Below, piece after piece: positions 29,322-38,739 of a stretch of DNA of 56,805 nucleotides (positions are counted from its first letter, which is position 1; each line of letters starts with the position of its first letter). This DNA is from Chitinophagia bacterium (GTDB lineage Bacteria; Bacteroidota; Bacteroidia; Chitinophagales; Chitinophagaceae): contig JBAXWU010000001.1 in the NCBI GenBank assembly GCA_037128235.1, positions 1 to 56,805 of the forward strand, given 5' to 3'. The translations under genes were made by a program, and so were the position numbers. The notes beneath the pieces are model-generated. The model had not been told where the DNA came from. It made no database searches and was given only the letters and a program-made list of their open reading frames with translations.

Positions 29322-29804
29322 ATGGAAAAAATACTTGAACAATATTTTATACAAAATAATGAATTAGTGCTTACTAATATTGGTACACTACATTTGAGTA
29401 AAAAGCCAGCCAATTGGATAGGAGATACCTTACATGCACCTGAATTAACTATTTTATTTTCAACTGATAAAAAGAAACCTGGCTCCCAATTTTATAATTT
29501 TCTAGCAGAGGCTTTATCTATATCTAACGAACAAGCAAATATTCAATTTGACCAATTCTTACAAAATAGATTTGAAGCTCAAGAGGCTAGTTTAGCTATT
29601 GGGAATTTAGGATGTGTAGAAAAAAATAAAACTGAGTATACATGGGTAAGTAATTTTATATCCAACCATTATTATAAAGACATTACCATTAGTCCCATTA
29701 TTGCAAATGAAGAAGTGGAAAAACAAAAATCTTTTCAATGGCAATGGATAGCACTTATTTTATCCATTATTGCAATAGCTGCTATAGTATTTAAATCTTT
29801 TTAA
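29322..29804 (+). CDS. HU/CCDC81-like domain protein with C-terminal membrane anchor
   Basis: Two HU-like segments (ELVLTNIGTL; LAIGNLGCV) and a terminal hydrophobic helix (WIALILSIIAIAAIVF). Confidence 0.55.
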   Translation: MEKILEQYFIQNNELVLTNIGTLHLSKKPANWIGDTLHAPELTILFSTDKKKPGSQFYNFLAEALSISNEQANIQFDQFLQNRFEAQEASLAIGNLGCVEKNKTEYTWVSNFISNHYYKDITISPIIANEEVEKQKSFQWQWIALILSIIAIAAIVFKSF

Positions 29805-29806
29805 AT

Positions 29807-30724
29807 ATGATTGAAAATAATAAACAATTTTCACCTTGCCCCATTTGTAATAAAGAAGATATTTCAACATTACTGTATACCAAGGATTATTCATTAACGG
29901 GGGAAGATTTTCAAATCATTCAATGTTCCCATTGTACCTTAGAATATACCGACCCAGCACCTAGTAAAGAAGACATTGCACCTTATTATAATTTCCCTTC
30001 TTATATATCACATACCGATTCAAAAGAAGGTTTTGTAAATAAAATCTATCATAAAGTAAGAAATCTTACACTTACACAGAAGACAAACTGGGTACAATCA
30101 TTATTTACAGGCCATAAGGGTCAACTACTTGAAGTAGGCGCTGGTACTGGTGCTTTTGCGCATTCCATGTCGAAAAAAGGGTGGAAAGTGACTGCTTTAG
30201 AACCCGATGAATCTAGTAGAAACAAAGCACTTGAAAATTACAATATTCAATTACTACCCATTGAAAAATTGAATGATTTAGACAGCGCTAGTTATGAAGT
30301 TATTACTTTGTGGCATGTATTAGAGCATGTACATGATTTAAATGAATACATGAAGCTATTTCATAGATTATTAAAACCAAATGGTCGACTTGTTATTGCT
30401 GTGCCGAATTACACAAGCTATGATGCAGGTTTTTATAAAAAACACTGGGCTGCCTATGATGTTCCAAGACATTTATATCATTTTTCGCCTATGTCGATGC
30501 ATTATTTAACCAAAAAACATAAAATGTTTATTGTGCAAAAACTACCTATGTGGTTCGATAGCTTTTATGTAAGCCTGCTAAGTGAAAAATATAAACAATC
30601 TGGAATGCTAGGAATGTTGCGCGCTTTTTTCATTGGTTGCATTTCCAATTTAGCTGCTTTACGCAATACAGACAGGGGAAGCTCTATTATCTATGAAATA
30701 AAAAAAATAGAGCAGGACTTTTAA
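29807..30724 (+). CDS. Class I SAM-dependent methyltransferase with N-terminal zinc ribbon
   Basis: CPIC...CSHC, LLEVGAGTG, WHVLEH, DVPRHLYHF. Confidence 0.85.
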   Translation: MIENNKQFSPCPICNKEDISTLLYTKDYSLTGEDFQIIQCSHCTLEYTDPAPSKEDIAPYYNFPSYISHTDSKEGFVNKIYHKVRNLTLTQKTNWVQSLFTGHKGQLLEVGAGTGAFAHSMSKKGWKVTALEPDESSRNKALENYNIQLLPIEKLNDLDSASYEVITLWHVLEHVHDLNEYMKLFHRLLKPNGRLVIAVPNYTSYDAGFYKKHWAAYDVPRHLYHFSPMSMHYLTKKHKMFIVQKLPMWFDSFYVSLLSEKYKQSGMLGMLRAFFIGCISNLAALRNTDRGSSIIYEIKKIEQDF

Positions 30725-31533
30725 CGTAAACGAATTTCCACCAAAACAGGCCAACATTTTCCTGTTATAAAGAAAGTTTTATTCCTAGGCTGGTAAGCAA
30801 TGCCATTTAGTACATAGCCAGCATCAATACTTAAAGGATTATATTGTACGCCCGCTTGAGAAAGTAAATTAGTAAAATCGATACTGCTTTTCACTTGCCC
30901 ACTTGCTATATCAATTACTACTACTTCGTTACGACCATAGATATTTGCAAATAGTTGCCCATTTACATATTCTAGTTCGTTTAAATTACTTAAATAACCA
31001 TAATTATTAAAGACCCCCAATGTTTTCTGTATGGCAAAATGAAGAGGATCTACAAAATAGATATTACTTTCTCCGGTGGATACAATTAAGCTAGTATCGT
31101 TATGTGTTAGTCCCCAACCTTCATAGGGCCAGTATAACTCGTTTATCTTTTTTAATGTTTTGGCATCGTAGACAAAAACTTTATGGCTTTTCCAAGTAAG
31201 TTGATAAATTTTATCTTGAAAAAGAGTACTGCCTTCACCAAAATATTCCTTATCTAATTTTACTTTACTACCTACTAGCTTCATATTGGTATCAAGTACT
31301 TGTAATATACTTTTACCTTCTAGGCCCGTGGATTCAATTAATTTATTACCAGTCCATTCCAAACCTTGTGTGTAAGCGCTTGTATCATGAGGGTAAACCT
31401 TTATGACTTCATATGACAAAGCAGTAGGGGCAGGTATAGCGTTCTCGTTACTAGTATCAGTATTATTATTCGAATTACATGCGAATAAGGAAGTTATAAA
31501 TAAAACAAATAATATAGAAGCTTGCTTTTTCAT
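30721..31533 (-). CDS. Glutaminyl-peptide cyclotransferase (plant/bacterial type), lipoprotein
   Basis: Lipobox LFAC; YTQGLE, FGEG, QLTWK, EGWGLT, LNELE, VLNGIAY, TGKCWP. Confidence 0.9.
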   Translation of the reverse strand: MKKQASILFVLFITSLFACNSNNNTDTSNENAIPAPTALSYEVIKVYPHDTSAYTQGLEWTGNKLIESTGLEGKSILQVLDTNMKLVGSKVKLDKEYFGEGSTLFQDKIYQLTWKSHKVFVYDAKTLKKINELYWPYEGWGLTHNDTSLIVSTGESNIYFVDPLHFAIQKTLGVFNNYGYLSNLNELEYVNGQLFANIYGRNEVVVIDIASGQVKSSIDFTNLLSQAGVQYNPLSIDAGYVLNGIAYQPRNKTFFITGKCWPVLVEIRLR

Positions 31534-31543
31534 TGCTATAAAA

Positions 31544-32641
31544 CTATACGTTAAATCTGAAATGCATTACATCGCCATCTTTTACAATATATTCTTTTCC
31601 CTCAATTCTTAATTTACCATTCTCTCTGCAAGCAGCTTCACTTTTGAATTTAATAAAATCATCAAAAGCAATTACTTCTGCTTTAATAAAACCTTTTTCA
31701 AAATCGGTATGAATGACGCTGGCTGCTTGTGGGGCTTTCCAACCTTTACCAACAGTCCAAGCGCGTACTTCTTGGACTCCTGCTGTAAAATAGGTTTCTA
31801 GGTTTAATAATTTATAGGCCGACTGAATTAAACGATTTAAAGCTGGTTCAGTCATTTTATATTCATCCATAAATACAGCTCTATCTGCAGGGTCTTCGAG
31901 TTCTGCAATCTGAGATTCAATATTATTACACATTACAATTACTTCAGCCCCTTCTGCTTTAGCCATATCCACTAACATAGCGGAGAACTTATTACCTGTA
32001 TGCATGGAAGCCTCATCTACATTGGCTACATACATCACCGGCTTTTCAGTCAGTAAAAAACTATCTGCAATAGCTAGTTTGTCTTCTTTAGACAAATCTA
32101 AAGAACGAATGCTTTTACCTTGCTCAAGATGAATTTTACATTTTTGTAAAACCTCTAATTCTACTTTGGCCTTCGGATCGGTTTTAGCCATTTTCTCACA
32201 GCGTTGTATTTTCTTATCTACGCTATCTAAATCTTTTAACTGTAGTTCAGTTTCAATAATTTCTTTATCCGCAATGGGGTTAATCGCTCCTTCTTCTCTT
32301 AATACATTTTCATCTTCAAAACATCTGATAACATGTATCACCGCACTCACTTCTCTAATATTGGCTAAAAACTTATTACCTAAACCTTCACCTTTACTTG
32401 CGCCTTTTACTAAACCGGCAATGTCCACAATTTCTAATTGAGTAGGTACGATTCTGTTAGGAATAATTAAATCTGCTAATTGTTGCATTCTGTTATCGGG
32501 TACATCCACTAAACCTACATTGGGTTCAATAGTACAGAATCTATAATTACTAGCCTGTGCTTTTGCACTATTACTAACTGCATTAAATAAGGTCGATTTT
32601 CCTACATTGGGTAGTCCCACAATCCCTGCCTGTAAAGCCAT
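31544..32641 (-). CDS. ychF: Redox-regulated ATPase YchF
   Basis: GIVGLPNVGKSTLFN, FCTIEPN, DIAGLV, TGS C-terminus. ATG at 32641; TATTTTTG at 32671-32664 on the minus strand. Confidence 0.95.
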   Translation of the reverse strand: MALQAGIVGLPNVGKSTLFNAVSNSAKAQASNYRFCTIEPNVGLVDVPDNRMQQLADLIIPNRIVPTQLEIVDIAGLVKGASKGEGLGNKFLANIREVSAVIHVIRCFEDENVLREEGAINPIADKEIIETELQLKDLDSVDKKIQRCEKMAKTDPKAKVELEVLQKCKIHLEQGKSIRSLDLSKEDKLAIADSFLLTEKPVMYVANVDEASMHTGNKFSAMLVDMAKAEGAEVIVMCNNIESQIAELEDPADRAVFMDEYKMTEPALNRLIQSAYKLLNLETYFTAGVQEVRAWTVGKGWKAPQAASVIHTDFEKGFIKAEVIAFDDFIKFKSEAACRENGKLRIEGKEYIVKDGDVMHFRFNV

Positions 32642-32719
32642 AATTTCTATTGTTTTAAGAGCGCAAAAATACAATTCTAAACTCAAAAATGACTATATTA
32701 GAACCATAAACAATAGATT

Positions 32720-33952
32720 ATGGCCTTGAATATTATTTGGATGGCTTTTTTTGTAATTGCCTTTATAATTGCCTTATGTAAACTTGTTTTTTTGGGTGAT
32801 ACGACCATTTTCAAGTTGTTAGCCGATGGTATCTTTGATTCGGCAAAGTCCTCTGTAATTGATGTTGCCTTCCCACTAGCAGGCACCATGGTCTTTTTCT
32901 TAGGGCTCATGAATATTGCTGAAAAAGCAGGCGCTATTCAAAAACTAGCTAAATGGATGAACCCATTTTTGAGTCGCTTATTCCCAGAAGTACCCGCCAA
33001 TCATCCCGCCATGGGTCAGATGGTGATGAATTTTTCTGCTAATATGTTAGGATTAGATAATGCAGCCACTCCTTTTGGTTTAAAAGCCATGGAGAGTTTA
33101 CAAAGTTTAAACCCCGAAAAAGAAAAAGCTACCAATGCACAAATTATGTTTTTGGTTTTACATACCAGTGGACTTACCATTATTCCTTTAACCATTATTT
33201 CTTACAGATTAGCAGCAGGCTCTCAAGATGCAGCTAGTATTTTTATACCCTGCGTTTTAGCCACTATTGGAACTACTTTGGCTTCCATATTAATGGTAGG
33301 ATTTTATCAAAAATTAAAATGGGATAAGGTTTTAATAAGCTGGTTAATAGGTTTAGTATTAATAATGGTGGGTGTATTAGTTGGAGTGAATTCTTTAAGT
33401 TCTGTTAATAAAGAAATTTTTTCTAAAGTAATAGGTAGCGGATTATTACTTGTTATCATTGTGGCTATTATAGTAGGAGGGGCTTATAAAAAAGTATCTG
33501 TATTTGACGCCTTTATTGAAGGTGCTAAAAATGGTTTTGATGTAATTGTAAAAATCATACCTTATTTAGTAGCAATGTTAGTGGCCATTCGTGTATTTAG
33601 AGATAGTGGGGCCATGAATTATGTTTTAAATGCGATTACTTATTTGATTCAACTCACTGGAATGAATACTGAATTTATTGGAGCCTTGCCAGTTGCCATT
33701 ATGAAACCACTTAGTGGGAGTGGGGCAAGGGGAATGATGTTAGATATATTTCAAACCCAAGGGCCCGATTCTTTTGTAGGTAAATTAGCCTCCATTTTTC
33801 AGGGCTCTGCAGATACTACTTTTTATATTATAGCCCTTTATTTTGGCAGTGTAGGTATTAAAAAAGTTAGGTATGCTTTATGGGCAGGCATTTTTGCCGA
33901 TATAATAGGAGTGGTCATTGCAATACTTATTGGCTATGTATTTTTTAAGTAA
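32720..33952 (+). CDS. SpmA/SpmB fusion (nucleoside recognition Gate domain) membrane protein
   Basis: ANMLGLDNAATPFGLKAM, KPLSGSGARG, GSADTTFY. Confidence 0.88.
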   Translation: MALNIIWMAFFVIAFIIALCKLVFLGDTTIFKLLADGIFDSAKSSVIDVAFPLAGTMVFFLGLMNIAEKAGAIQKLAKWMNPFLSRLFPEVPANHPAMGQMVMNFSANMLGLDNAATPFGLKAMESLQSLNPEKEKATNAQIMFLVLHTSGLTIIPLTIISYRLAAGSQDAASIFIPCVLATIGTTLASILMVGFYQKLKWDKVLISWLIGLVLIMVGVLVGVNSLSSVNKEIFSKVIGSGLLLVIIVAIIVGGAYKKVSVFDAFIEGAKNGFDVIVKIIPYLVAMLVAIRVFRDSGAMNYVLNAITYLIQLTGMNTEFIGALPVAIMKPLSGSGARGMMLDIFQTQGPDSFVGKLASIFQGSADTTFYIIALYFGSVGIKKVRYALWAGIFADIIGVVIAILIGYVFFK

Positions 33953-33977
33953 TTTATTTTAGCTAAATATTACTCAC

Positions 33978-34388
33978 TTACTTGCCCTGGCTCATTTTCA
34001 TGACTTCCTTCCACTCTTTATCTGTGACAGGTTGCACCGATAATCGGCCTAGCTTAACGAGTGCCATATTCGATAAATTCGTATTGGCCTTTACATCTGA
34101 TAATTTTACAGGATGTTTTAATTTTTCATGTGGCGCAAAGTCAACGGCTAACCAAGCAGTTTCTTCAGTAGTGGGGTCTTGATAAGATTCTTTAACCACT
34201 TTTGCAATGCCTACAATTTCCATGCCTTCATTGCTATGGTACCAAAAAGCGAGGTCACCTTTTTTCATTGACCTTAAATTATTACGGGCGCCATAATTTC
34301 TTACACCATCCCAAAATGTTTTTTTATCTTTTACAAATTGATCCCAAGAATACTTAAAGGGTTCTGATTTAATTAACCAATAGGCCAT
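33978..34388 (-). CDS. EVE domain protein
   Basis: YWLIKSEP, WDGVRNYGARN, YHS, RLSVQPV. Confidence 0.92.
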   Translation of the reverse strand: MAYWLIKSEPFKYSWDQFVKDKKTFWDGVRNYGARNNLRSMKKGDLAFWYHSNEGMEIVGIAKVVKESYQDPTTEETAWLAVDFAPHEKLKHPVKLSDVKANTNLSNMALVKLGRLSVQPVTDKEWKEVMKMSQGK

Positions 34389-34468
34389 AGTAAGATAGTT
34401 TTTATAAGTGTAGTAATTTAAAGGTTAGGTAAGATAAAAGTTTAGTAAGCTTCTACTATGATAGGGAA

Positions 34469-35188
34469 TTAATACCCACTCGCTAATACATCTGCTAAAT
34501 GAAGTATTTGTACATTATTACCATTAAATTTCATACGGCCATCTAAATGCATTAAACAACTTAGATCGGTACTTATTAAATATTCGGCTTGTGTATTAAT
34601 TATGTTTTCAATTTTTTGATCGGCCATAGCTACACTTATCGTATCATATTTTACCGCAAAGCTTCCGCCAAAACCACAGCAGGTTTCCACTTCATTCATT
34701 TCTACTAATTCTAAACCTGCCACATTTGATAATAATTGTCTTGGCTCTTGTTTAATATTACATTCTCTTAAACCAGCACAACTATCGTGATAAGTGGCCT
34801 TGCCTTCAAATTTGGCACCTAGGTCGGTTACATTTAAAATTTTTACCAAGAATTCAGAAAGCTCAAATATTCTATTGGCTACTTTTTTTGCAGGACTTTG
34901 AAAGGCATTGTTCTCGAAAATTTTACCAAAATTATTTCTTACAAAACCCGCACAACTGGCACTAGGGCTTACAATATAATCGGCACCATCAAAGTCTTGT
35001 ACAAATTTGGTACATACATCTTTAGACTCAGTCCAGAAACCTGCATTGAAGGCGGGCTGACCACAACAAGTTTGTTGTTCGTTGTACTTAACCTTACAAC
35101 CTGCTTTTTCTAATACTTTAATGGTATTAAAAGCAGCTTGCGGATACAATTGATCCATAAAACAAGGTATAAATAGTTGCACTGTCAT
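34469..35188 (-). CDS. (Fe-S)-binding CCG-domain protein (LutA/YkgE-like)
   Basis: QTCCGQP, YHDSC, ETCCGFGG, DLSCLMH. Confidence 0.88.
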   Translation of the reverse strand: MTVQLFIPCFMDQLYPQAAFNTIKVLEKAGCKVKYNEQQTCCGQPAFNAGFWTESKDVCTKFVQDFDGADYIVSPSASCAGFVRNNFGKIFENNAFQSPAKKVANRIFELSEFLVKILNVTDLGAKFEGKATYHDSCAGLRECNIKQEPRQLLSNVAGLELVEMNEVETCCGFGGSFAVKYDTISVAMADQKIENIINTQAEYLISTDLSCLMHLDGRMKFNGNNVQILHLADVLASGY

Positions 35189-35230
35189 CTTCCAAAAATT
35201 ATGAATACTTAGCTAATTATGCTAAATAAA

Positions 35231-35884
35231 TTAAGGCTGAACCTTCAATCTATTAATATATTTATCCGCTTGGAAGCCTTTATCTGTTTTAGGATACTTA
35301 GACTTGATTGTTTTATATATTTCAATAGCATCATCTGCCTTTCCAGTCATCTCTAATAAAGAAGCAGCGCGGAATAAATATTCAGCAGAAATACCTTCAT
35401 CTTCTGGAAAATGGCCACCTGCTTTTTTATAGTACTCAATCGCTTCGTCGTTCTTTTTTAAATCGGAATAAGCATCTCCGATAGTTCCGTAAGCGATAGC
35501 TTGTACTTGCCTAGCAGAAGTTGAAAAGTCCTTTAAATATTCAATAGAATTATTATAATCATTCATTCTGTAATAGCTAATACCAGCATAGTATTTAGCT
35601 AAATTAGCTGCTTGGGTACCACTATATTCCTTTATAATATATAATACGCCTTTGTTGGTGCCATCTCCGTTTAGTACATAATTAGAAGAGTCTAAACCAA
35701 AATACTTTTCTGCAGTATACATTGAATCTGCAGCTTTAACTTCTCTTGGATTTTGATACAATTCTGTATAGCCAAAATAAGCTAATACAACTACTACAAT
35801 AGCAGTTAAAGTATAGGTTAGGGCTTTTTGATTTTTCTTTACAAAATCTACAAAGGGGTGTTTTTCTTGGTGTAATTCGCTCAT
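35231..35884 (-). CDS. Membrane-anchored TPR protein (YfgM-like)
   Basis: One N-terminal TM helix followed by TPR repeats (ANLAKYYAGISY). Confidence 0.75.
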   Translation of the reverse strand: MSELHQEKHPFVDFVKKNQKALTYTLTAIVVVVLAYFGYTELYQNPREVKAADSMYTAEKYFGLDSSNYVLNGDGTNKGVLYIIKEYSGTQAANLAKYYAGISYYRMNDYNNSIEYLKDFSTSARQVQAIAYGTIGDAYSDLKKNDEAIEYYKKAGGHFPEDEGISAEYLFRAASLLEMTGKADDAIEIYKTIKSKYPKTDKGFQADKYINRLKVQP

Positions 35885-35900
35885 ATATTTTTATTAAAAA

Positions 35901-36896
35901 TTAGTCTACTATAAATGGGTAAGATGAATCAATATATACGTCTTTCAATAATTCACTATCATCAGGCCAAGGACTTTCTTCTGCAAATTTTACAGAAGCT
36001 TCCACAATACCAGCAATTTTTTCATCAATGGCTTTTAATTCTGCCTCTGTGGCAAATTTATTTTCAAGAATGGTGCTATGTACTTTTGTAATAGGGTCTT
36101 GATTTTTATAATCTTCCACCTCGTCTTTAGAACGGTATTTTTGAGGATCCGATACAGAGTGACCTCTGTAACGATAGGTTTTCATTTCTAATAAAGTAGG
36201 GCCTTCACCATCACGTGCTCTTTTTACAGCTCTTACTACCGCTTCGTGAACGGTTTCTGCTGTCATACCATCTATTTTATCAGAAGGCATTTCATAAGCG
36301 TCGGCTAATTTATAAATATCAATAACATTACTTGTTCTTTCAATTGAAGTACCCATAGCGTAGTTATTATTCTCGCAAATAAATACCACTGGTAATTTCC
36401 AAAGCATGGCTAAATTAAAAACTTCATGCAACATACCTTGTCTTGCAGCACCATCGCCAAAAAAGCATAATACCACATTTTTTGAACCACGGTATTGTTC
36501 TGCAAAAGCTAAACCGGCACCTGTTCCAATTTGAGCACCTACAATGCCATGTCCACCAAAGAAATTATGTTCCTTACTAAATAAGTGCATACTGCCCCCT
36601 TTTCCTTTAGAGCAGCCTGTAGCCTTACCATATAATTCAGCCATAGCCGAATTAGGGCTCATTCCTTTAGCCAAGGCTAAACCATGGTCACGATATCCAG
36701 TAATGAAGGGGTCTTCATGGTTAGTAGCTGTCATACAGCCAGCTGCAATGGCTTCCTGTCCATTATAAACGTGGAAAAAACCTCTGATTTTTCCAGCCAT
36801 TTTATACATCTCTTCAGCTTTGGATTCAAACTGACGAATAAGTTGCATTAGTTCGTACCAATAGAGATAAGTTTCTTTAGAAAATTTTTGGGCCAC
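35901..36896 (-). CDS. pdhA: Pyruvate dehydrogenase E1 alpha subunit
   Basis: IRGFFH, GKGGSMH, GDGA...NN (TPP binding), YRYRGHS. GTG start; TATATTTG at 36924-36917 on the minus strand. Confidence 0.93.
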   Translation of the reverse strand: MAQKFSKETYLYWYELMQLIRQFESKAEEMYKMAGKIRGFFHVYNGQEAIAAGCMTATNHEDPFITGYRDHGLALAKGMSPNSAMAELYGKATGCSKGKGGSMHLFSKEHNFFGGHGIVGAQIGTGAGLAFAEQYRGSKNVVLCFFGDGAARQGMLHEVFNLAMLWKLPVVFICENNNYAMGTSIERTSNVIDIYKLADAYEMPSDKIDGMTAETVHEAVVRAVKRARDGEGPTLLEMKTYRYRGHSVSDPQKYRSKDEVEDYKNQDPITKVHSTILENKFATEAELKAIDEKIAGIVEASVKFAEESPWPDDSELLKDVYIDSSYPFIVD

Positions 36897-36961
36897 AGTC
36901 CTTTAATTTTGAGCAGCAAATATACTGTTTTCTACCATAAAATAGAGCAAAAAACAGTCCT

Positions 36962-38593
36962 TTAGGCTTCTTTTAAAAATGGATATGAATAGTTGGTAGG
37001 AGGGTTAAAGGTCTCTTTAATTGTCCTTGCGCTTAACCATCTGTATAAATTCAACATAGATCCTGCTTTATCATTGGTTCCAGATGCCCTAGCGCCTCCA
37101 AAAGGTTGTTGTCCAACAACGGCTCCTGTAGGTTTATCGTTAATATAGAAATTGCCCGCTGCATGTCTTAGTAATTTAGTGGCAAGTTCAATGGCCTTTC
37201 TGTCCTGCGCAATTATAGCTCCCGTTAATGCATATTTAGATGTGCTATCCAAAAGCTTTAAAGTTTTTTCATATTCAGCTGCAGGGTAAGTATAAATAGT
37301 AAGTACTGGTCCAAAAATTTCTTCACACATTGTCGTGTATTTTGGATCGGTGGTTTCAATCACAGTGGGTTCAATAAAGTAGCCTAATTTTTTACTATAA
37401 TTTCCACCTACAAGTATTTTTGCTTTTTTATCTTTTTTAACTTGATCAATATATTTTGAAATATTATCAAAAGATTTTTCATCAATAACTGCATTCACAA
37501 AATTGGAAAAATTTTCAACTGTTCCCATTTTCATCGTCTTAATAGCCTTCACTAATTTTTCTTTAATGGCTGGAGCAATATTAGAGGGTAAATAAGCACG
37601 AGATGCTGCAGAACATTTTTGTCCTTGGTATTCAAAGGCTCCACGCGCTAGTGCAGTCACTACAGTATCTACATCAGCTGTTTCATGTACCATTACAAAA
37701 TCTTTTCCTCCAGTCTCACCCACAATTCTTGGATACGTTTTATACTTAGCAATATTTTCTCCAATTTGTTTCCACATATAATTAAATACACCTGTACTTC
37801 CTGTAAAATGAACACCTGCAAAATCGGGATGCGCAAAACAAGTAGCGCCAATGGTAGGGCCATCTACAAATACAATATTGATAACGCCATCAGGAAGTCC
37901 CGCTTCTTTCATAATGCGCATAAATAATTGCGCAGAATAAATTTGTGTGTTGGCCGGTTTCCAAACAACCACATTACCACACATAGCTGCAGAGGCTGGT
38001 AGGTTACCACCAATAGCTGTAAAATTAAATGGAGTAATAGCTAATACAAAACCTTCTAGTCCGCGGTATTCCATTCTATTATGAATGCCAGGGGATGAGA
38101 TAGGTTGTTGTTGATATATCTGACTTAAAAAATGAACATTGAATCTTAAAAAATCAATTAACTCGCAAGAAGCGTCAATCTCTGCTTGATATGCATTTTT
38201 ACTTTGTCCAAGCATCGTGGCCGCATTCATTTCAAAACGATATTTAGTGGCTAATAAATCGGCTGCTTTTAAAAATATATGGGCTCTAGCTTCCCAATTC
38301 ATATTCGACCAAGCATTTCTCACTTTTAATGCTGCGCTAATAGCTTGATCCACATTTTTTTTATTACCCACATGAAAATGACCCAGTGTATGTTTTATTT
38401 CATGGGGTGGATGAATGGCTTGCTTTACATCGGTTCTAACTTCTTTACCATTTATAATCATGGGAATATCCAATGATTTTTTCTTTAGCGAAGCGATGGC
38501 TTGCTTTAAAGCCAATTTTTCAGCTGAACCTGGAGCATAAGTTAATACGGGTTCATTTACTGGAACAGGATAATTGAAGGTGCCGAATTGCAT
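36962..38593 (-). CDS. pruA: L-glutamate gamma-semialdehyde (P5C) dehydrogenase
   Basis: PFNFTAI, FTGS, GETGGKD, YQGQKCSA, EEIFGP, NDKPTGA. ATG at 38593. Confidence 0.92.
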   Translation of the reverse strand: MQFGTFNYPVPVNEPVLTYAPGSAEKLALKQAIASLKKKSLDIPMIINGKEVRTDVKQAIHPPHEIKHTLGHFHVGNKKNVDQAISAALKVRNAWSNMNWEARAHIFLKAADLLATKYRFEMNAATMLGQSKNAYQAEIDASCELIDFLRFNVHFLSQIYQQQPISSPGIHNRMEYRGLEGFVLAITPFNFTAIGGNLPASAAMCGNVVVWKPANTQIYSAQLFMRIMKEAGLPDGVINIVFVDGPTIGATCFAHPDFAGVHFTGSTGVFNYMWKQIGENIAKYKTYPRIVGETGGKDFVMVHETADVDTVVTALARGAFEYQGQKCSAASRAYLPSNIAPAIKEKLVKAIKTMKMGTVENFSNFVNAVIDEKSFDNISKYIDQVKKDKKAKILVGGNYSKKLGYFIEPTVIETTDPKYTTMCEEIFGPVLTIYTYPAAEYEKTLKLLDSTSKYALTGAIIAQDRKAIELATKLLRHAAGNFYINDKPTGAVVGQQPFGGARASGTNDKAGSMLNLYRWLSARTIKETFNPPTNYSYPFLKEA

Positions 38594-38693
38594 AGTCAGT
38601 GTATTAGGATTCAAAAATAAGCATAAAATGAACATCTGTTAGGAACTTATCTCATTTGACTAAACTTTGGTATGATTATGACAAGACTTTGAC

Positions 38694-38701
38694 TAAATTT
38701 G
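38694..38701 (+). promoter_or_regulatory. -7 element upstream of the GlmU-family gene
   Basis: TAAATTTG, 38 nt before the ATG at 38740. Confidence 0.55.
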
Positions 38702-38739
38702 CCTGCGTTTACAGGCAATCAATTTATTAAAAGTAGTCA

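Noticed and set aside
32720-33952. SpmA/B as evidence of sporulation
   Set aside because: The fused form is common in non-sporulating Bacteroidota, and no other sporulation genes are present.
33978-34388. EVE protein as part of a modification-dependent restriction system
   Set aside because: Stand-alone EVE domain with no fused or neighbouring nuclease or ATPase.
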